47,920 nt of DNA from an uncultured Bacteriovoracaceae bacterium (GTDB taxonomy: Bacteria > Bdellovibrionota > Bacteriovoracia > Bacteriovoracales > Bacteriovoracaceae): the NCBI GenBank assembly GCA_964012805.1, contig CAXGUD010000027.1:1-47920 (forward strand), written 5' to 3'. Shown one piece after another: positions 9,599 through 17,932 of this stretch (the first letter of the stretch is position 1; each line of letters begins with the position of its first letter). Below the pieces are notes generated by a model, which saw only the letters and a program-made list of their open reading frames with translations, searched no databases and was not told the origin of the DNA. Position numbers and translations under genes: made by a program.

Positions 9599-10957
9599 GT
9601 GCCAAAAATTGAGGTTTTGCCTGATAATATCGTTGTTGAAAGTGACAACGATAAAACGATATTGGAAAGTGTAACAGAACAAGGCATTCCTCAAGTCAAT
9701 GCCTGTGGTGCTGCAGGAAAGTGTTCGACATGTAGAGTTTGGATCATGGAAGGTGTTGAAAATTGTGAAAACAGAACCGAGCTTGAGGAAGAAATGGCGG
9801 TTAAATTAAATTTTGGCCCAGAAATAAGACTTGCATGCCAAACGAAGATTAAAGGTGATTTAAAACTAAGAAGACTTGTTATAGATGATACAGACCTTGA
9901 AATATGCAATCAGATGTTTGTAGACCGCATGTTAGAAAGCATGAGACCCGTAGGAGAAGAAAAAGAAGTCGCTTTAATGTTCACAGACATAAGAGGATTT
10001 ACTTCTTTTTCAGAAAGACACCCACCTTATGACGTTCTCTTTCTTTTGAACCGACACTTTCATCAATTATATAAAATCATTGATAAAAATGGTGGTACAA
10101 TTGACAACTATGTTGGGGATTCTTTATTTGCAATTTTTGGATTAACTGATGGTATAGACAAATCTGTTTTTAAGGCGGTCAAAAGTGGCGTAGAAATTTT
10201 AAAGGAAATTGATAAAATGAAACCCTACATGCAATCGATGTATGGAGAAGATTTTGAAATAGGTATAGGAGTTCATTACGGCAAAGTAGTCGTGGGAGAA
10301 ATTGGTCCAGGACAAAAAACGAAAAAAACTGTTATTGGTGATAATGTTAACATCGCAAGTCGTATAGAAGCAGCAAATAAGCAAGCAGGAACCCGTTTTT
10401 TAGTCTCAGAAGACGTTTACAAAATAGTTGAAAAAGATGTAATTTCCGAGGACTTTGTCCGAATAAGAATTCCTGGAAAAGAAACCAAATACACTCTCTA
10501 TGAAATTAATGGTCTCACAGATAAATGCATTCAACGTTCCCAGGAAGAACCTGAGGATATTATTCATCAAAATGGAAGAAAGTATAAAAGGTTCTTACCG
10601 ACAAAAGATCTCCCCACAAACTCTCAGCTGGAAGTAAGCTCCGAGGACAAGACCATACTTTTGATTAATCATGAAGATGATATCTTTGCCATAAATGGGC
10701 GCTGTCCACACATGAACATGGCCCTAAAAGGGAGTCAGATCAATCCGAAAACTGGTGAACTTAAGTGTAAATGGCATGATGCTTGTTTTGAACTTCAAAC
10801 GGGAAAAGTTGCTAAGTGGTGTAAAGAAATGCCTTATATTATGAAATTATTTAGTAAAGAACTGGTTCAAGGTATACAGAACGTTCCTCAAAAAAACCTT
10901 GAAACATATCCAACAATTCTTAAAAGTGGTTTTATTTGGATTTCTTTAGAAAAGTAA
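9599..10957 (+). CDS. 2Fe-2S ferredoxin - class III nucleotide cyclase - Rieske domain fusion
   Basis: CGAAGKCSTC...RLACQ (Fer2); MFTDIRGFT, VGD, GVHYG, IGDNVNIASRIE (class III cyclase); CPH...CKWH (Rieske ligands). GTG at 9599 follows GGAG and is preferred over the track's TTG at 9563. Confidence 0.9.
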   Translation: MPKIEVLPDNIVVESDNDKTILESVTEQGIPQVNACGAAGKCSTCRVWIMEGVENCENRTELEEEMAVKLNFGPEIRLACQTKIKGDLKLRRLVIDDTDLEICNQMFVDRMLESMRPVGEEKEVALMFTDIRGFTSFSERHPPYDVLFLLNRHFHQLYKIIDKNGGTIDNYVGDSLFAIFGLTDGIDKSVFKAVKSGVEILKEIDKMKPYMQSMYGEDFEIGIGVHYGKVVVGEIGPGQKTKKTVIGDNVNIASRIEAANKQAGTRFLVSEDVYKIVEKDVISEDFVRIRIPGKETKYTLYEINGLTDKCIQRSQEEPEDIIHQNGRKYKRFLPTKDLPTNSQLEVSSEDKTILLINHEDDIFAINGRCPHMNMALKGSQINPKTGELKCKWHDACFELQTGKVAKWCKEMPYIMKLFSKELVQGIQNVPQKNLETYPTILKSGFIWISLEK

Positions 10958-11068
10958 AAAGAATTTTCTTAACAGCTAAATCAAAAATGATGAAGTCTTC
11001 TAGTCATTTTTTCTTAATTTACATAAAAAAATGAGTAAATCTCAAACTAAATTTGGGAAAAAATAAAT

Positions 11069-11944
11069 TTATAAATTTTTACAATTTAAAGATTTAGGAA
11101 GCTCATAATTTGAAAACGTTTGAACCGTTGAAAAAGCATCTGAAAGAGAAGCAAGCCTTTCCCAATTTTCTATTTTGTTCTTTGTAGACTTACAAAAAAG
11201 GACACTTTTATCTTTTTTGTTGTCTCCTTCTTTTTTTGTTCGTGAAAAAATATGCTTTTTTCCATTTGGTCTCGTTCTTTTAGACCTTGAAATAAAGGCT
11301 ATTTCATCCCCTTTTAAGGGGCCAAGAAAAGCTTCTTCTTCCCACGCCATAAAAGAGTTCTTTTGGCCCATAACCGAAAGATTTCCCCCACCAGCATCAA
11401 TTCTGAAGTTTTTAATCTTTAGGTCTCTTAATACTCGAGAGAGTTTTCCAAGGGCCATTCCCTTGACGTTACCGCCAAAAGTGAGCCTTTTGGGGTGAAT
11501 TAAAAACTTAAATTGCTTTTCATTTTCCTTTTTCCTCAACCTCATTTTTTCAAGGCCTACAGGTTTAAGAGATTCTTTCCATAAAACTGCACCAATTGTT
11601 ATATCAAACTTTTTTTGAGTCAGGTCAAAGGCCTCTTTTGAGTACTCCAAACCCTTCATGAAAAGAGGTGTTGGTGTTACCCAATTAGTCATTCCCTTTT
11701 CTAGCTTTCTTAATTCACTCGTTGGACTCCAATCGGAAAATGTTTGATCATAATGAAGAAGGTGCTTATTTAAAATGGACTTAACGATCTCTTTATTTAT
11801 TGCCTGAATTGGATGGTAGAGGTCTATTTTCCAAAGGGTTCCCATGGAAAAAAGGTGGAATTGGGAAGTCGTATTTTCTTTTGCGTTTAAGGATTTAAAA
11901 GGGCCAAGAAAAGCTAAAACAAACATTATTATTAAAACTTTCAT
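11069..11944 (-). CDS. apbE: Divergent ApbE-like FAD:protein FMN transferase
   Basis: Signal peptide; MGT, FSDWSPTSEL, FDITIG, LTFGGNVKG, DAGGGN and SDAFST match ApbE motifs; the ATSG motif is not recognisable. Confidence 0.75.
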   Translation of the reverse strand: MKVLIIMFVLAFLGPFKSLNAKENTTSQFHLFSMGTLWKIDLYHPIQAINKEIVKSILNKHLLHYDQTFSDWSPTSELRKLEKGMTNWVTPTPLFMKGLEYSKEAFDLTQKKFDITIGAVLWKESLKPVGLEKMRLRKKENEKQFKFLIHPKRLTFGGNVKGMALGKLSRVLRDLKIKNFRIDAGGGNLSVMGQKNSFMAWEEEAFLGPLKGDEIAFISRSKRTRPNGKKHIFSRTKKEGDNKKDKSVLFCKSTKNKIENWERLASLSDAFSTVQTFSNYELPKSLNCKNL

Positions 11945-11987
11945 GGCCCTCTCCTTTTTTATTTTCTTTTTTTTACTTTCTATTTTT

Positions 11988-13799
11988 TTACTTTCTTATC
12001 TTTTTTGTTTCCTCTAAGAGCCACAAAATGTCTCTATAAAAGTCTGTTCCAGGAGCATGAGGGATCTTGTAATCAAAGACCGCCAATTTTCCTTTTGAGT
12101 CTGTTAAAATAATTCTTGGAACACCTGTTAAGTTAATAAGCTCATAGAACTTTGTAGCTTTCGGGCTTCCAGAAATTTGAACGATATCATTACAAACGTA
12201 GCTTTTTGATCCCGTTAAGCTTGTTGCTTGACAGAATTCTTTAACAGGAGCTCTTCCTGGTTTTTTAGCAAAAACTTCTATTAAACCGATGCTGTTCCAA
12301 AAAGAAGGTCCAAGCTTTGGGTTTTCGGCCCATGCCTTAACTGTTTGCTTACAGTGAGGACACCATGAAGCAAAGAAGACATAAACTTGCCTCTTTTCGC
12401 CTTTAAAAGGAAGCTTAATTGATCCACTTTCTCTTTGACCAACGATTGCTGGAAAACTCATCGCAGGGTCTTTTTTAATAACTAGTCTTGCCAACTCTTC
12501 TCTATAAGACTTTTCAGCTAATTTCTTTTCAGAGTCTAACTTTCTCATTTCAAAAGGTGACAAAGTCTTTAAAACTTTAGAGTGGTCTCCAAGAGGATAC
12601 CTAACAACCATATCTGCTAAGGTTTTTAAGAAAAGCTCATCTTTACCTAAAAGACGAGTTGCTTTGATAAAAGTCTTTAAAAGTGAAGGGTCTTTTTTAA
12701 TAAACTCAGGAGTCTTTTTAAACGTTTCTTCGTTATAAAGCTTTCTGACAAGGTCTTCTTTTCCTAATTCTGCAGCTGCTAAAAGAGGAAGGATGCTATC
12801 AACCTGGTATTCACAAACAGGCCAAGCGTTTGTTTCTTTAATTTTATCAACTAAAAGCTTTTGTCCATTTTCAAAAGTTAAAAGAGACTGAAGAAATTCA
12901 CAGTATTGAAATCTAAAAAGACCTCTGTACTCTTTTCTATTAAGTGACTTCTTAACAAGATTTAAATCTTTATTTGATCCGTAGTAAGCAAGGTGCTTTA
13001 AGTTAGTTAAAAGACCAGCTAAAAGTTTTGCTTTTGCTTCTTGGTTTAATGAAGGGTGTGAAATGGCCTTTTCAATTCTTGAAATAACCTGCTTTAATTC
13101 ACTTATTGATCTTGGTCTTGAGTTTAGCATTTTTTGAACTGCCTGAAGACCACGCTGATTGTTTAACTTATCTCTTTTACTCATTCCTAGGAATTGGTAA
13201 CTTGTTAAAGCAGCTTGAAAAACACGGTAAGTTGTATAAGCTCCGCCTTTTACAAGAGTATCACTGTACGTTGTCCACGTTTGAGGAGGAAAGTGAGTGA
13301 ATGAGTTTGTTAGTTGCGTTGGCTTTTCTACCCATTTAAGGGCCTCTGGTAAGTTTTGAGCTATCTTTAAAAGCTTTGTCTTATCAGTATCGGTCATTTT
13401 TTGGTGGTAAATCTTTCTTAAAGGCTGTCCCTTTTCTTCAAGGATTGACTTTGTCTTTCCTTCTAAATCTAAAGATAGGTGGAAAATAATAGGCGTACAA
13501 CCTGAGTTACAACCAGTTGTTGTATTAATAGGTCTAAAGGCCATTAATTTTCTGCCTCTACTATCCTTTGCCCAAATAAGAAACTTATTGGCATAAGTAC
13601 TAGGACCGGCCGAAGGAAGATGGTACATTCCAGGTAACTTCTCTTCTTTAAAAGTGACCTTAGAAGTATCAAATTTTAATTTTTTCATTTCCTTTAAATA
13701 GAGGTCCGTTCCTGGAATCTTAGAAAAGGCATCTGAAGTGAAGGTAAATAAAAATCCTATTAGAATACTTAAAATACTGAAAGACTGGTAACGACTCAA
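11988..13799 (-). CDS. Exported multidomain protein: N-terminal CxxxC domain, helical middle, C-terminal thioredoxin (TlpA-like) domain
   Basis: TTG start with AAGGAG RBS; signal peptide; GCNSGC; FFASWCPHC and cis-Pro motif GVP; co-oriented 43 nt upstream of apbE. Confidence 0.8.
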   Translation of the reverse strand: MSRYQSFSILSILIGFLFTFTSDAFSKIPGTDLYLKEMKKLKFDTSKVTFKEEKLPGMYHLPSAGPSTYANKFLIWAKDSRGRKLMAFRPINTTTGCNSGCTPIIFHLSLDLEGKTKSILEEKGQPLRKIYHQKMTDTDKTKLLKIAQNLPEALKWVEKPTQLTNSFTHFPPQTWTTYSDTLVKGGAYTTYRVFQAALTSYQFLGMSKRDKLNNQRGLQAVQKMLNSRPRSISELKQVISRIEKAISHPSLNQEAKAKLLAGLLTNLKHLAYYGSNKDLNLVKKSLNRKEYRGLFRFQYCEFLQSLLTFENGQKLLVDKIKETNAWPVCEYQVDSILPLLAAAELGKEDLVRKLYNEETFKKTPEFIKKDPSLLKTFIKATRLLGKDELFLKTLADMVVRYPLGDHSKVLKTLSPFEMRKLDSEKKLAEKSYREELARLVIKKDPAMSFPAIVGQRESGSIKLPFKGEKRQVYVFFASWCPHCKQTVKAWAENPKLGPSFWNSIGLIEVFAKKPGRAPVKEFCQATSLTGSKSYVCNDIVQISGSPKATKFYELINLTGVPRIILTDSKGKLAVFDYKIPHAPGTDFYRDILWLLEETKKIRK

Positions 13800-14127
13800 A
13801 GTAGGCTCCTTAGAAATAATACAATTTTTTTTATCCTCTTTATGCCTAAAATGCTGAACAGAGTCAATTGAGCTGGAAGAATTTACAAGGGTGTTAAACC
13901 TGTAACCTGTTGATATATTATAGGTTTAATTTTCCTTTCACACCTTCAGCTTTAACTTCGACCAAAAAGCAAAAATCCAAGCTAAAATTATCTTTTTTAA
14001 CTTAATTAAATAAATTTTATTGATTTGAACTTTTCTCAACTTTGAAATGAAGATCTAATGATAAAATATGGTCTAGATTTGAAGAGGTCATTAAATAAAA
14101 AAACATACTAACTGAGGATAAGGCCTT

Positions 14128-14883
14128 ATGAAACCCCTATTCACTCTAACTCTTTTTCTGGTTTTTCTTTATCCTCTAACTCTTATTGGTAAAACCTATA
14201 AAAAGCATGACACCTGTGTTTACAGTAAAGACGTCTATGTAAAAGACAAACTCTACAATACCCCCAAAGGGGAATTAACTCCTAAGCTTCAAATTGTCAG
14301 AAGAAGTGCCCAAGAAAAATGCATGGGCCTTACCATTACAAATAGGTACCCAGATAATGGAGTAAGCCTTTGTTTATTTTATTCACAAATTGCCTCAAAA
14401 GGTCGCCATAAAGGAAAGAGGATTATTTGTGTGAACCACGCTTGTCCTGGAACAAAATATGAAATGGATGAACCTTGTGAAAATTATGCCATCAAAGAAG
14501 AACCTAAAAAAAGAGGGAGCAATAAAAAAGCGAGGACTAAAGTAACCTCTAAAAAGTTTATTGTTAAAACGAACAAAACCTATAAAGTTTTAGAAAAATG
14601 CCACTATGGTAGCGCAGGACTTGTGGACTCACCTTTAAGGTCATTAAGCTCTCAAGTCTTACAAGTTAAAGGAACCCTCGTTCGGAGAATGGCCCAGGAA
14701 GTTTGTTTATCATTACGCCAACTTGAAGAAATTCCTGATTCAGGAATTCATTCGTGCTCCTTTTATTCACAGATCGCCCAAAAAGGCAGAAGAAAGGGAA
14801 AAAGAGTTATTTGCCTAAACTTTAGCTGCACACCAAGTGGGTACACCATGGATGATACTTGTTTAAACTTTAAGATAAAGTAG
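14128..14883 (+). CDS. Secreted Cys-rich protein with two internal ~100-aa repeats
   Basis: Signal peptide; repeats KTYK...VRRxAQExC...PDxG...CxFYSQIAxKGRxKGKRxICxNxxC...YxMDxxCxNxxIK, six Cys each, separated by a Lys-rich linker. Confidence 0.85.
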   Translation: MKPLFTLTLFLVFLYPLTLIGKTYKKHDTCVYSKDVYVKDKLYNTPKGELTPKLQIVRRSAQEKCMGLTITNRYPDNGVSLCLFYSQIASKGRHKGKRIICVNHACPGTKYEMDEPCENYAIKEEPKKRGSNKKARTKVTSKKFIVKTNKTYKVLEKCHYGSAGLVDSPLRSLSSQVLQVKGTLVRRMAQEVCLSLRQLEEIPDSGIHSCSFYSQIAQKGRRKGKRVICLNFSCTPSGYTMDDTCLNFKIK

Positions 14884-15095
14884 ATCATTATTTATGAAAA
14901 ACGAAAAAAATGAAAAACTATTTTCTTCATTTTATCCTTAATAGGACTCTGTCCCTTCTATTTTGAGTGGTGATTTCAGAGTTTTATTCAAAGCAAAACA
15001 CTTTAAAGTGTTAAGCTCTTTTTTATAAAGAAAGTTAAAAAAATAAATCGTCTTAATCCATTTGACACAACACTCCTCCAACAACGTTTTAATTT

Positions 15096-15257
15096 TTGTT
15101 TCCAAAATTAATTGAGTCTTCTGAAGTCTTTAAACAAATCCTTGAGGTTCATCCTGGTAACGTCGCTAGCCTTAAATACATTGAGGAGTGTAAAAAGGTT
15201 TTAGAAGCCGGTATTCCAAATACTTGGGATGGAGCCCTTCAAATGAAAGAGAAGTAA
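15096..15257 (+). pseudogene. Remnant resembling the C-terminal TPR-like 'WDG' tail of class III adenylate/guanylate cyclases
   Basis: Manual translation LFPKLIESSEVFKQILEVHPGNVASLKYIEECKKVLEAGIPNTWDGALQMKEK*; upstream in-frame TAA at 15090; no cyclase core in front of it. Confidence 0.55.
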
Positions 15258-15415
15258 AGTCTATTTATTTAAAGCATTTAAATAAAATTTATTTTAGCTT
15301 GTCTTAATAATTTTTTATTTTTGTATAAAACCTACACTTTTATTCAATAGCTTAACTTATTTCTATTCACATCCTAACCTCTAAGCTATTAAAAAAAAAA
15401 AACAACAGAGGAATT

Positions 15416-17011
15416 ATGAAAGCTTTAAAAAAAATGGCCTTCTCAACCGCAGTATTTTTGTGTCTAAACGGTTTTACAAAAACCTCAAACCTTATTGAAA
15501 AACTTAATTCACCTGCAAATAAAGAAAAATTAAACTTCATTTCTCAGACAGAGAAGACATTTAATAAAGTTGAACTCCTTCATTTAGGAAAGAAAAGCTT
15601 TCAAAAAAGAATTAAGCTCATAAATGAAGCGGAAAACTTTATTTATCATACAGTTCCCTATTGGCATAACGACGAAAAAGGCAATGAGATTTATAAGGCC
15701 TTTTTTAAGAAAAAAGAACAAAACCCAGATATTGATTTAAAACTTATTATGGATTGGTCTTCAAACATCACAGCTTCAGATCCCCTTGGTAAAAAAATTT
15801 ATAACAGAATCAATAAGGTTTTTAGGGGTAATGTTTTAAGGTGGAATCACCCCAATTGGCTAAGACAGTGGTCTTTAAAAATTGCTGAAAATCATGTGCA
15901 TGAAAAAATGCTTATTGTAGACGGAAAAAGTCTCATCATTGGCGGTATGAATAATGGAACATCCTATTATGGTCAAGGACCTGAATCGTGGCACGATACA
16001 GACCTCTACATAGAGGGACCGGCGGCTTTAAAGGGAGCAAAAATCTTTTCCAAAGTAAACGCTCTCGGAAATTATCTAAAGGACTATAAAAATAAAGTTC
16101 CTATATCCAGAAAAAAAAGAATATGGCTTTTCCAAAAATCGATGTTTCCTGGTTCTGAAAAAATTTACTATCCTTCAAAGCATTATAAGATTAGTCATAA
16201 AAGAGGAAGACTTGAAAAAGCTGTAAGGGATTCTTTAAAAGAATTAGAGTACCTAGATGAAGACACTCTAATCAAAGAGGAGGAGGGAAAGACACCTGTT
16301 CGACTGATTTATGATAATCCTCTTATAAATTACAAACTTGATAATAAAAATAAGCTACAAAAGTTTAATAAGACAATTGACACTGTTGAATTCATTTTAA
16401 AACACTCTAAAAATGAGGCCATCTTTATAATTCCTTATTTCACTCTCACAAAGAATTTTCAAAATATCTTGTTGAAGGCCCAAAAGCGGGGAGTTCAAAT
16501 TAAGGTCTTAACCAATTCAATTAAAAGCATGGATTACTTTCCAGAATTTATGCATAACGCAATGATTTATTCCTACAAAAAGTTATTACAAAATGGCGCT
16601 CAAATTTATGAATGGCAGGGTCATGAAGGCCTTAAAGACCTAGAAAGAGTACATAATTGTAAAATTCCTGACTCATTTTGGCCTGGCAGTACTATCCACA
16701 GTAAGTTGGCCATTTTTGATGACCAGGTCTCAATGGTGAGCTCCCACAATTTTAATCTAAGAAGTGAAAAATATAATTCAGAAATAACGGCATTGATTGA
16801 AGACAGGGCCTTTACAAAAAATATTAAAAGTATTTTTTACAAAGCTGTATCTGATAAACAACCTAGAAAAAGAAAGATAACCTGCGGTAAGTTGAAATTG
16901 GATTACCCTCAACAGACAAAGCTTATTAAATTTTCTGATATCCGCTCTCATTTTAAAAAAGGAAAGCGCTTTAAAGTAAAAATCCCTCACCTCTTAAGAA
17001 GGTACTTATAG
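15416..17011 (+). CDS. Phospholipase D / cardiolipin synthase superfamily protein, probably exported
   Basis: Two HKD motifs, HEKMLIVD (+GGMN) and HSKLAIFD (+SHN); signal-peptide-like N-terminus; GAGG RBS. Confidence 0.9.
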   Translation: MKALKKMAFSTAVFLCLNGFTKTSNLIEKLNSPANKEKLNFISQTEKTFNKVELLHLGKKSFQKRIKLINEAENFIYHTVPYWHNDEKGNEIYKAFFKKKEQNPDIDLKLIMDWSSNITASDPLGKKIYNRINKVFRGNVLRWNHPNWLRQWSLKIAENHVHEKMLIVDGKSLIIGGMNNGTSYYGQGPESWHDTDLYIEGPAALKGAKIFSKVNALGNYLKDYKNKVPISRKKRIWLFQKSMFPGSEKIYYPSKHYKISHKRGRLEKAVRDSLKELEYLDEDTLIKEEEGKTPVRLIYDNPLINYKLDNKNKLQKFNKTIDTVEFILKHSKNEAIFIIPYFTLTKNFQNILLKAQKRGVQIKVLTNSIKSMDYFPEFMHNAMIYSYKKLLQNGAQIYEWQGHEGLKDLERVHNCKIPDSFWPGSTIHSKLAIFDDQVSMVSSHNFNLRSEKYNSEITALIEDRAFTKNIKSIFYKAVSDKQPRKRKITCGKLKLDYPQQTKLIKFSDIRSHFKKGKRFKVKIPHLLRRYL

Positions 17012-17137
17012 CTTAGAAAATCAATTTATGGTTCACTTATTTTCAAAATGAATATTTCTAACTTACTAAAAAAATTGGGAGACCTTGGCTTGAAGTCTAG
17101 GCCTCTCAATGATGAAAACATAAATTTAAGAGTTAAA

Positions 17138-17569
17138 TTAAGCCGCCTGCTCTTTGATGTTAGGGATATTAGAGATGATCTTTTTGATCATTGATAAAAA
17201 CTTTTTATCCGAGATAGGCTTCAACAGCCATTTGTAAATACCTGCGTCAGTCCCTTTTCTTTTCAATTTAGGATTTGCTTCAGTTGTTACCATTAATATC
17301 AGAGCATCAGTTTCTACATTTTCTTCTTTTAACTTTTCACACATTGATAAACCGTCTAAGTTTGGCATGTGAAGGTCAGATATAACCAAACTAATCTCCT
17401 CCTGACTCTTCATAACATCTAAGCCTTCCAAACCATCTGACGCTTCCAAAATTTCATAATCAAGTGTTTCAAGAAGTGACCTCATCTTACCTCTAAAATC
17501 TTCAGAATCCTCTATCAATAGAATTTTTGTACTATTAGACTTATCAGGAGCACTTACTTCGCTTTTCAT
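17138..17569 (-). CDS. Single-domain response regulator (CheY-like receiver)
   Basis: ILLIEDS, ISDLHMPNLDG (phospho-acceptor Asp), VTT, LKP; GGAGG RBS. Confidence 0.92.
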   Translation of the reverse strand: MKSEVSAPDKSNSTKILLIEDSEDFRGKMRSLLETLDYEILEASDGLEGLDVMKSQEEISLVISDLHMPNLDGLSMCEKLKEENVETDALILMVTTEANPKLKRKGTDAGIYKWLLKPISDKKFLSMIKKIISNIPNIKEQAA

Positions 17570-17932
17570 GGATCCCCTCCGGATCTATTTTTAAGGTAAA
17601 ATAACCTCGGGCCTAAAAATTTAGGCTTATCATTAATACCCTATCGTTATAATTTTAACTCTATAAAGGGGTTTATCGTTAGAAATTCCGGTTAATTATG
17701 CGAAACGTCTAATCGTTGTTTAATTTCAATAGATTCTATTAAGAAGCTTTATAAGCTAAGATCCTCATGATGAGAAATTAACAATAAAAATTATTTAAAT
17801 GCCAACTTTTTTATTTTCCAACTCTGAAATGGCGTTAAAACCTTATTTTTTCTCATTAGAGGCACTAAAGATTTACAACTTTGAGGTAAAAATATATCCT
17901 CCTCGACTTAAAATTAAATAGGATAAATTTAT

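Noticed and set aside
15391..15402. A12 tract before the PLD RBS (also A10 at 24261-24270) as a phase-variation site
   Set aside because: Long A/T runs are common throughout this AT-rich window; no evidence of length variation without reads.
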